Source of the DNA: a virus
DNA length: 64,000 bases
Reading direction: 5' to 3' (one strand)
IMG/VR virus record: IMGVR_UViG_3300046804_004738
Location: 32,001 to 96,000 of that record
Below, one piece after another: positions 10,351-19,200 of this stretch. Position numbers and translations under genes: made by a program. The notes beneath the pieces are model-generated. The model was not told the origin of the DNA. It searched no databases and saw nothing but the letters and a program-made list of their open reading frames with translations. Every line of letters begins with the position of its first letter. The stretch's first letter is position 1.

Positions 10351-12015
10351 ATGACAGATACAAAATTTTTTAGAAAATATTTAGATTTAATTAACGAAGC
10401 AGAAGCCGCTCCCACACCTACCGGAGGAAGAACAGGTTCCCAACAAGATATAGAAAAAATGATGGGGAATTTAGGTGTTAGCCCGGAAGAACTGTCTGCA
10501 AGACAAGCACAGGATGATGCAGCTATCCCTGCTCCAACTACTGTAGGAACTGTAAATCCTAGCGTAAATCCTAATATCACTAAACAAATTGCTGCTGGCC
10601 AAAACGCAGAACAATGGGCGAAGCAAGATTCAGCAGACAAGGCAGCAGCCGCGCAAGAAAGAGGTTCTAATGTTCAAGCAATGCAAAAGGCAGGTATAGA
10701 TCAAAAAACAATTGATATGTATGCAAACGATGATCTTCAAGGAATGGCTAATCAAACTGCCGCAGCACTGAAAAATTTACCGAGCAAAGCCGAAGCACAA
10801 AAAATGATGCGACAAGGAATGGCTAGTAAAGAATTTGCTTCACTTCCAAAAGATCAACAAGACGCATATAGAGCGCAGGCGGCCGAACTAGATGCAATGC
10901 CAGATGATTATCGTGAACAGGGTGCTGCTAGCTTTAAACAAATAGGTGGCATAGCTGCTCAAGATCAAGCAGACAAAAAAGCAGGAAAAGGGATGTATGA
11001 TCCTAAATTAATGCAACCTATTAAGGCAAACTATGAGCCTAGATATACAGAAAAAGACATATATGATTTAGAAGCAAATAAATATTCCCCAAGTGGTTTC
11101 GCAGGTAGAAACATTGCACAAACAGTGGCAGCAAAACCTGTAAGTCCTACTGCACCTACACAAACTACAACTAATTTACAAGTAGCAAAAAATCCAGAGA
11201 CCGGAAATCCAAAATTAGGAAGTCCGTTAGAAGTTGCTCCAACACAACCGACAACAGCAGCACCGGCACCTACAACAACACCAACGCAACCGACAGCAGC
11301 ACCGGCACCTACAACAACACCAACGCAACCACAACCTACTCAACAAAAACCTACAACAGAAGAAAAAGAGGATATGGATGATAGAAAACTAATGAGAAAA
11401 TATATGGATTACTTAGACGAAGCTCCTGCCCAAGCTATTAATCCGAATGATCCTCATGCTGCTGCTTTTGGTAAACAAATAAATGCGCCTGCACCAAATA
11501 CAAACATTGATACTAGGGCCACTGCGCAGAGAGATAAATTAGCACAACAAATGGCATCAGGTAAAATTAACTCTCCAGCACCACAAACAGTAAATCCAAA
11601 TCAGCAATATGGCGGTGGATATGATCCTACTAAGGTTCAATATGCAGCAGGAGCAAAAAGTCAACAACCAGTTAATAATCAAAGTAGCGGATATACAGCG
11701 CAATCACAAGCACAAAAGACGCCAGAACCAGCAGTTAATAATCAAAGTAGCGGATATACAGCGCAATCACAAGCAGTAGCAACAAGAGGGGCAGGTACTC
11801 AATCTACGCCTGAACCAAGTTTAGCAAGTCAATATATTGCAGCAAATCAACCTCAATCTGCTACTGTTACTAAATCTGCTCCCGCACCTGCTACTGAACC
11901 AAGTTTAGCAAGTCAATATATTGCAGCAAATCAACCTCAAACCGTAGCTGAAGAAGGCTTAGATGACAATAGTGACGATATATTAAAAGCAATTATAAGA
12001 TTAATTAAAAAATAA
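10351..12015 (+). CDS. Low-complexity protein, probably virion-internal
   Basis: TAAATA late-type promoter; repeated RKY(L/M)D.(I/L).EA motif; P/T/Q/A repeats. Confidence 0.65.
   Translation: MTDTKFFRKYLDLINEAEAAPTPTGGRTGSQQDIEKMMGNLGVSPEELSARQAQDDAAIPAPTTVGTVNPSVNPNITKQIAAGQNAEQWAKQDSADKAAAAQERGSNVQAMQKAGIDQKTIDMYANDDLQGMANQTAAALKNLPSKAEAQKMMRQGMASKEFASLPKDQQDAYRAQAAELDAMPDDYREQGAASFKQIGGIAAQDQADKKAGKGMYDPKLMQPIKANYEPRYTEKDIYDLEANKYSPSGFAGRNIAQTVAAKPVSPTAPTQTTTNLQVAKNPETGNPKLGSPLEVAPTQPTTAAPAPTTTPTQPTAAPAPTTTPTQPQPTQQKPTTEEKEDMDDRKLMRKYMDYLDEAPAQAINPNDPHAAAFGKQINAPAPNTNIDTRATAQRDKLAQQMASGKINSPAPQTVNPNQQYGGGYDPTKVQYAAGAKSQQPVNNQSSGYTAQSQAQKTPEPAVNNQSSGYTAQSQAVATRGAGTQSTPEPSLASQYIAANQPQSATVTKSAPAPATEPSLASQYIAANQPQTVAEEGLDDNSDDILKAIIRLIKK
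11254..11940 (+). repeat. Three pairs of near-exact intragenic direct repeats
   Basis: Period 39 (11254-11330); 44 bp at 11669 and 11732; 47 bp at 11810 and 11894; all in frame. Confidence 0.9.
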
Positions 12016-13190
12016 TGAGAGCAAAAGAATTTATAGTTGAGGCAAACTCTAAACAACCTGAATCTGCAAGGCAAAAATTTCTAAATAAAGTTATTGGACC
12101 AGAGTCTGGTGGTAATGTTTCTATAAAAAATCCACGAAGTAGTGCAACAGGATTATTTCAATTTATCAAATCAACTTGGGACAATACTGTTGCAAAAGCT
12201 AAACCAGGTGACCCACACTACGGTGTCAGTTTTAATGATATGAAAAAAAATCCAGCAGCACAAAGAGCCGCTGCAGACCAAATTTCACGTGAGTATCAAG
12301 CAGCAATTCAAAAAAATAATTTACCAGATACCCCTGGTATGTATTATCTATTTCATGGGCATGGGGCAAAAGCAATTGATCTTTATAATAACCCTGATAA
12401 ACAATTAAAAGATATTTATGATCCTTACGCTAGAGATAAACAAGGAAAAATAATATACAATCCAAAAACAGGAAAACCAGTTAAATCTATCATTTATAAA
12501 CAAAATCCAAATTTTGACCCTGAAGAAAAAATTTCTACATTTATCGCAGGGAGAGCAGCAGCAGTTGGCGATAATATTACTAATATATATCCTGATAAAA
12601 CTAAATTAGCAGTGGTCACTCCGACAAGTAAAACTACAAAAACAGATACAACTACAAATACTGCCCAAACTACAGATAAGAAAATTACACCATCACCTGT
12701 CGTTGCACAAACAACTAAAGAACCTGATATAGTCTCTCAGTATGTTGACGTAAATAAAGGACCTGGCGTAATTGATAAAGTTAAAAAAACAGTTACAGAC
12801 ATTGTTAGTCCTGCTATAGCACCAAAAACTGCAAAAGCAACAACACCAGAAATTCCTAAAACTAAACCTGAATTTATTCCAGGCACTCCAGAATACGATG
12901 CACGGATGGAAAAGCAACAAATCGCAGCCGGGGAAAAATTTAGTAAAGAACGTGAGGCTAGATTAGCCAAAGAACGTGATTTAATGTCCAAAAAATTACC
13001 TATGTCCCCGCCTTCAACTGACCCTGAATTAGATCCCCAGGGTTGGAAAAAATATGATGATTATATGGAAAAACTTCAAAGTGAAAAAGGTGACAAATAT
13101 CATCAAGAATATATGGACAATGAAAAAAAGTTAAATCAAACTTCATCAGACGATAGCTATTACACCAAATTTAAAAACTTACTGAAATAA
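12015..13190 (+). CDS. Lytic transglycosylase (SLT-like) domain protein, probably virion-associated
   Basis: ESGG...SSATGLFQFI..TW; MRAKEFIVE leader. Confidence 0.75.
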   Translation: MRAKEFIVEANSKQPESARQKFLNKVIGPESGGNVSIKNPRSSATGLFQFIKSTWDNTVAKAKPGDPHYGVSFNDMKKNPAAQRAAADQISREYQAAIQKNNLPDTPGMYYLFHGHGAKAIDLYNNPDKQLKDIYDPYARDKQGKIIYNPKTGKPVKSIIYKQNPNFDPEEKISTFIAGRAAAVGDNITNIYPDKTKLAVVTPTSKTTKTDTTTNTAQTTDKKITPSPVVAQTTKEPDIVSQYVDVNKGPGVIDKVKKTVTDIVSPAIAPKTAKATTPEIPKTKPEFIPGTPEYDARMEKQQIAAGEKFSKEREARLAKERDLMSKKLPMSPPSTDPELDPQGWKKYDDYMEKLQSEKGDKYHQEYMDNEKKLNQTSSDDSYYTKFKNLLK

Positions 13191-13225
13191 TTTATTGGTA
13201 AATTTGTATCGTAATAAGTAACTGT

Positions 13226-13408
13226 ATGCCTAAGCAAAAAAAGAATCGCAATCAATACGAAGTTATTACCCAACAGGATAGTAATGGGGATGTATTGATT
13301 CCGATTCCTCCGGTATTATTGGATTCATTAAATTGGAAACAAGGTGATGAAATAAGTTTTGACTTAGATGATAAAGGCAGATTTATTCTTAAAAAGGTAT
13401 TTAAATGA
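13226..13408 (+). CDS. AbrB/MazE/SpoVT-like DNA-binding protein
   Basis: LIPIP..LLDSLNWKQGDEI. Confidence 0.75.
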   Translation: MPKQKKNRNQYEVITQQDSNGDVLIPIPPVLLDSLNWKQGDEISFDLDDKGRFILKKVFK

Positions 13409-13947
13409 AAAACGATTCAATGGATCATGCATATGCAAAAATTAATTTATCTGATATTTTTAGTGAGGATTATATAACAGTATCGGAGAAAGAAGATATT
13501 CCATCTTTGAGCCTAAGCGGATTAGATACAATCACTTTAGATTCACTATCCGATACATATTATGCTAATCCTATTACTAATGTGAGTATAGCAGGATCAG
13601 GCACAAGCATATATCAAGGATTAACCAGTCAAACAATAACACTTTCACCAAGTCCGTATTCAAACATATCGTCATGGCCATCAATAAACGACACACTCAC
13701 AGTTAATCATGGTAACAATAACGGCATTAAAGTAAAGGGTGATACAGAGATTGAGGGTAGCTTAAAAGTAAAAGGGGTTGATTTAGGTGAAATGTTGTCA
13801 AAAATACAAGATCAATTAGCAATTTATCAACCTGCCCCTGAACTTGAAGAAAAGTGGGAAAAACTACGTGATTTAGCCCGTCAATACAAAGAAATGGTCG
13901 CTGACATTAAAGAAAAAGAAAAGATTTGGGATATTCTTCAAAAATAA
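13405..13947 (+). CDS. Hypothetical protein
   Basis: 180-aa ORF with C-terminal coiled coil. Confidence 0.65.
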   Translation: MKNDSMDHAYAKINLSDIFSEDYITVSEKEDIPSLSLSGLDTITLDSLSDTYYANPITNVSIAGSGTSIYQGLTSQTITLSPSPYSNISSWPSINDTLTVNHGNNNGIKVKGDTEIEGSLKVKGVDLGEMLSKIQDQLAIYQPAPELEEKWEKLRDLARQYKEMVADIKEKEKIWDILQK

Positions 13948-13948
13948 C

Positions 13949-13977
13949 TTGACAATAAATACACACGGTGCTATACT
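13949..13977 (+). promoter_or_regulatory. Sigma70-type early promoter
   Basis: TTGACAATAAAT...TATACT, 17-bp spacer. Confidence 0.75.
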
Positions 13978-14010
13978 ATACTCACTATCAACTCATGTTG
14001 TTATTTTGAT

Positions 14011-14400
14011 ATGACAATGCACCTCGCACACCCTGCACTCACTACCCTTGGCAAACGTAAGGGAAAGAAAAAGTGGGCATCCTCTGAAGCAAAGCAAAAA
14101 GCCGCACAACTTGACCGTGAGTGGCAGGATCTACAGGCTAAGTGGAAAACAGATATCAGTGATCGTAAATGTGATAGAGGTCTTAAGGCTAATGTTTACA
14201 AGCCGCCTGTCAACCCACGTGTTGCAGAAATAAAAAAGTTTGCAAGTGTTGACACAGGTATTAAGGGTGCAGTTACTATCAAACAACCAATGCAATACAC
14301 AGGTGACAAAATAATTGGTATTGGTACCATGCACAAGTCTAATGCTGTACCAATCTTTAATGATGAGGCAGCAAAAGATATTAGCAAAATGAGGAGATAA
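14011..14400 (+). CDS. Hypothetical phage protein
   Basis: C-terminal YTG...GIGTMHKSNAVP motif typical of T4-like phages. Confidence 0.7.
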   Translation: MTMHLAHPALTTLGKRKGKKKWASSEAKQKAAQLDREWQDLQAKWKTDISDRKCDRGLKANVYKPPVNPRVAEIKKFASVDTGIKGAVTIKQPMQYTGDKIIGIGTMHKSNAVPIFNDEAAKDISKMRR

Positions 14401-14410
14401 ATCAAATTAA

Positions 14411-14626
14411 ATGGCAAAAGAAGAAACATTAAAATTAGATGGAGTAGTAACAGACGTTTTACCAAACGCAATGTTTAGAGTTGACCTAGAAACAGGACAA
14501 AATGTTATAGGTTACATTTCTGGTAAAATGCGCCAGCATGATATTAAAATACTGTTAGGTGATACAGTAGAAGTCGAGTTTAGTCTATATGATATGAGCC
14601 GCGGCAGAATAACAAGACGGCGTTAA
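14411..14626 (+). CDS. infA: Translation initiation factor IF-1
   Basis: MAKEE...LPNAMFRV.L...ISGKMR..IKIL.GD.V.VE.S.YD...GRI..R. Confidence 0.95.
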   Translation: MAKEETLKLDGVVTDVLPNAMFRVDLETGQNVIGYISGKMRQHDIKILLGDTVEVEFSLYDMSRGRITRRR

Positions 14627-14646
14627 ATCTCAATAAATACTCTACA

Positions 14647-15198
14647 ATGATCAGTATTGTAGAGAATCTTTCCGAATCCCGTAAAAAGAATCTTGAGATA
14701 TTACCACTCAAGTATTCTCCTACCGATTTAAGTCCTATAATCAGCAAAGCTACAATCGACTATCACTATGAAGAATTAGCAAAAGGCTACGCAAAACGTT
14801 ATAATAATAACGAAGGTGATAGTGAGTTTAATTATGCAGGCGTTTTCTTGCATAACATTTACTTTGCTCAGTTTCAAAAACCAAAAGAATCAGGAACACC
14901 AAATGGGCCTGTACTCAATTTAATAAAAAGAAGATTTGGTTGGTGGCGTGATTTTAAAGAAAAGTTTAAAGAAGAAGCAATGAAGATACAAGGTAGTGGT
15001 TGGATCTACCTTACATACAATGGTGAAATACGAACTATAGTCAACCATGAGGTTCGTGAAGATATACTAATTTTAGTTGATTGGTGGGAACATGCCTGGG
15101 CACTAGATTACCAATCAGACAAAAAACAATACTTAGAAAATACATGGAAGATTATGAACTGGAGTCATATAAACACACGATGGGGCAAGAATCTTTAA
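14647..15198 (+). CDS. sod: Fe/Mn superoxide dismutase
   Basis: YHY, LHNIYF, GSGW, DWWEHA. Confidence 0.9.
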   Translation: MISIVENLSESRKKNLEILPLKYSPTDLSPIISKATIDYHYEELAKGYAKRYNNNEGDSEFNYAGVFLHNIYFAQFQKPKESGTPNGPVLNLIKRRFGWWRDFKEKFKEEAMKIQGSGWIYLTYNGEIRTIVNHEVREDILILVDWWEHAWALDYQSDKKQYLENTWKIMNWSHINTRWGKNL

Positions 15199-15899
15199 TG
15201 AATCAAAAAATTTGTGTAGTAACTGCTACAAGAGAAAAGACAATTCAAGATTTTAAAAGTAAAACACTATTAGGTCAATCATTAGGAATCCATACTTACT
15301 TTGACATTGAGTTGCAATGTTACAACAATAACACAAATGGCTTAAGCAAATGTTATAATGATGCGATTAAGAAAAAAATAAACGAGGATACGATTTTAGT
15401 TTTTGTCCATGATGACGTTGCTCTTTTAGATTATTATTGGCCGTTGCGTGTAATTGAAAGTTTAGAAAAATTTGATATATCTGGAATAGCTGGAAATATT
15501 AGACATGAGATAAACTTTCCGAGTTGGGCACATAGCCACAGTGACGGTAAAAATGTCATTTGGGATGATGATAAAAATTTGTCTGGATGTATGTTACACA
15601 GCGATACATGGCCTCCTAAAATAGTAACTGTTTACGGAGACCCATGTAAAGAAGTTGTTAATTTAGATGGTGCATTTATTGCATGTAGTACCAAAACTTT
15701 AAGAAATTTTAACTTAACTTTTGATGAACAATTTGAATTTCATTTTTATGATGCAGATTTTTGTAAAGCTGCACACGAAAAAAAATGTAAATTAGGTACG
15801 TTTCCATTAGCTTTAATGCATTCAGGAAAAGGAAGAATGGATACACTTGAGTACAGGACTGGATATTTAAAATATAATGAAAAATGGAGTAAAATATGA
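15198..15899 (+). CDS. GT-A fold glycosyltransferase-like protein
   Basis: VFVHDD, LDG.FI, FDE.F.FHFYDAD; start reassigned to MNQKI. Confidence 0.75.
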   Translation: MNQKICVVTATREKTIQDFKSKTLLGQSLGIHTYFDIELQCYNNNTNGLSKCYNDAIKKKINEDTILVFVHDDVALLDYYWPLRVIESLEKFDISGIAGNIRHEINFPSWAHSHSDGKNVIWDDDKNLSGCMLHSDTWPPKIVTVYGDPCKEVVNLDGAFIACSTKTLRNFNLTFDEQFEFHFYDADFCKAAHEKKCKLGTFPLALMHSGKGRMDTLEYRTGYLKYNEKWSKI

Positions 15900-16225
15900 A
15901 TTTAATTATAACTGAAAGTGCAAAAACAAAACTTTATGAAGTAATTACGGAAGAAAACGACCCTACGTTAAAACTACGTATATTTGTGCAGGGCGGGGGA
16001 TGCAGTGGTATGCAATATGGGTTTACTTTTGATAATGAAACTTCTGAGGACGACTGGAATATTGACGCTGGACCTGTTAATGTTTTGATTGATGTTATGT
16101 CTGCCCAATATCTAGAGGGTGCAGAAATAGACTATGCAGAAGATATCTATGGAGCTAGCTTTAAAATAAAGAACCCAAATGCTCAAACTAGTTGTGGGTG
16201 TGGGTCCAGCTTCAGTCCTTATTGA
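15896..16225 (+). CDS. erpA: A-type Fe-S carrier ErpA/IscA
   Basis: [23 protein letters not shown]. Confidence 0.92.
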   Translation: MNLIITESAKTKLYEVITEENDPTLKLRIFVQGGGCSGMQYGFTFDNETSEDDWNIDAGPVNVLIDVMSAQYLEGAEIDYAEDIYGASFKIKNPNAQTSCGCGSSFSPY

Positions 16226-16248
16226 TAAATACTAGATGGGGGACTAAT

Positions 16249-19200
16249 ATGCCAATACCAGGACAAGAGAATATAAACATTGGCGCAGAAAATGAAGCGG
16301 AAAATAGCGACTCGCTCTTTATTGCGTTTAATAAAACACAAAACAACTTTTCTACACTTTTTGCACAATCAAGCCAATATACTAGCTTTGTAGGTAGTGA
16401 TGGTATCAGCACCACACTTAATAGTAACAACAAACAAGTTATAATTAACAATACAGGTGTCACACGTATTGCTGCAGGAACGGGAATCGCAGTAAATAGC
16501 GCAAATGGCAATGTAGTCATTTCTGTCATAGGATTAAGTAACGGAAACTTAGTCGCAGGTGTCACAAACGTTGGTATTACTAGTTCTACGCTACAAATAA
16601 TAAACAGTCCAGTAGTAAGTTCAGGAACAATAGGAGTTGATTTACCAGTCATAGCAAATATAATTCCAGGAACATACTCTAATCCTCTTATCCAAGTTGA
16701 TAATTATGGTAGAATTACCTCTGTACAAAACACATTCTCGACTGGTACAGTAACAAGTGTAGATATTCAAAATGGTTCAGGTATCTCTGTAAGTGGTGGA
16801 CCTATCACAAGTAATGGAACTATTACTGTAACAAACACTGGTGTGCGTAGGCTTAATCCAGGTCCTGGAATATTACTTACAGACACCACAGGTGAAATAA
16901 CAATCTCAGCAAACTTTTCTACATTCACAGGAACAGTTTCACGTGTTACTGTAGTTAGTAACACATTAACAGTAAGCAATCCTACTGTAACATTGGCTGG
17001 TAACATAAGAGTTGAATTACCTATTAATATTAGCGTAGCAGGAAATGTGACAGGAGGTGGCAATTTTAATGTTGGTCAAAGCGTATTCGTTGATGGTAAC
17101 GTAACCGCTAATGGAAGAATAACAGCAGGTAATATATCAGCAAGCGGTAATATTTTATCAAATGGTAATATTAGTATTAATAGTGCATCACGTTTAAGAA
17201 TACCAGGTGGAACGAATGGACAGGTTTTACAAACAGACGGAGCTGGTAATTTATCATTTGTCACTGTTACACAAAACACTGCTGCTGGGTTAGGTGCACC
17301 AGGCGCAAATACACAAATTTTATTTAATGATGGTGGCATTGTCAATGCAAATGCTAATTTAACTTTTAACAAGGCAACAGGAACTCTAACTGCTCCTAAC
17401 TTTTCTGGTAATATCAATGTAAACACTGCCAATTTTGTTTCTAATGCGATTCAAGCTAACATAACTACTTTGGGTAATTTAACCAGTTTAAGTGTGATTG
17501 GAAATATTATAGGAAACAATAATTTAAATATAAATGGCAACATAACAAGTAATTCATTTATATATGCTTTAACTCCAGCTGCGAATACCTCAAACAATCA
17601 AGTTGCAACAACAGCCTTTGTTGCAAATTATGTTGGTAATGCTCAATTTACTTCTAATTTATATGCACCTATTAATAGTCCTATTTTCACAGGAACACCT
17701 CAGGCGCCTACTTTAGATCAGACGTTGCCCGGAAGTAATGCATTAGCAACAACTGCATTTGTGAAATCTGCACTTGGTAATGCTAACATAAGTGGATATG
17801 CACCTATTAACAGTCCAGCATTTACTGGAATACCAACTGCACCAAATCCATCTGCTAATACAAGTTCTAATCAGATTGCCACAACATCGTTTGTTCAAAG
17901 TTTATTAGCGAACGCTAATATTGGTGGAAGTGGCACTACAGAATATGCAGGTACCATTCAACTATGGGCTGCAACAACACCTATGCCAGATAATACATGG
18001 ATGGTATGTGATGGTACAGAAGTCAGTAGAACTACATATGCAACATTGTTCAGTAGGATTGGAACTACATATGGTGCAGGTAATGGCACAACTACATTTA
18101 ATCTTCCTAACTTTACGAACAGATTTCCAGTTGGTGCAGGAAATCTCTATGCATTAGGTTCAACAGGTGGTTCAAAAGATGCTGTTGTAGTAAGCCATAC
18201 GCATTCGGTTACTGACCCCGGCCATCCTCACATTCTTCGCATTGGACAATCCGCCGGGACTTTGACACCTCAAATTGGCGGATGGAATTTTGCAGGAACA
18301 TTTAATGCCACAGCGTACTCTAATCATGTACAGTCTGCAAATACAAATATATCTATTGATAGTACAGGTGAACCGGGAACTAATAAAAATTTACCACCGT
18401 ATTTAGGTTTGATTTATATAATTAAAGTCACTGATACAGTTGGAAGTGGCGGGAGTAGCGGAGGTGGTAATGTTATTGTTACGGGATCAACCACTGCAAC
18501 TGCAGAAATATATCAATGGAACGCAACACAACCAGCCATACCAAGTGTTACATCTACTTACACTTGGGCTACAAGTTTATTCTCTCCAGTACCGTCAGGT
18601 TGGAGTACTACTCCCGGAACAACTGTAACACCTGGTGCAACTTTATGGGTAATACGTGTTACAGTTACAAAAACAGGCAGTGAGACAACAACAACGTTTA
18701 CATGGTCTGGTGGAACAATATCAGCATCAGGATATAACGGAACGAATGGAGTTGATGCTACCAAAACTGCAACAATTTCATTATACCAATGGTCTACTAC
18801 ACAACCAGCGAATCCTTCTGGAAATTCAACATATACTTGGTCTACAACTGTCAACACAGGCTACACAGGTGGAGCAGGTTGGCAAGTTAGTGTACCTGTA
18901 AATCCAGGTACAGCTGGATTACAATTATGGTCAGCTTCGAAAGGCATCACCGCAGCATCTAGTGTCACAAGTTCTACAGTAGATTGGTCATCAGGCTTTA
19001 CTGTACGTGCTGTAAGTATCAACGGTGAGGGTGGCCCAGGTGGCACACAATACGCAACACCAGAAGTTTATCAATGGGCAATTACAATACCAGCAGGGCC
19101 AACTGGTACATCGGTGTACACATGGAGTTCAGGATCATTCACTCCAGTTCCCTCAGGTTGGAGTACTTCAGGTGGCGCAGCACCTAGTCCTGGATTTACA

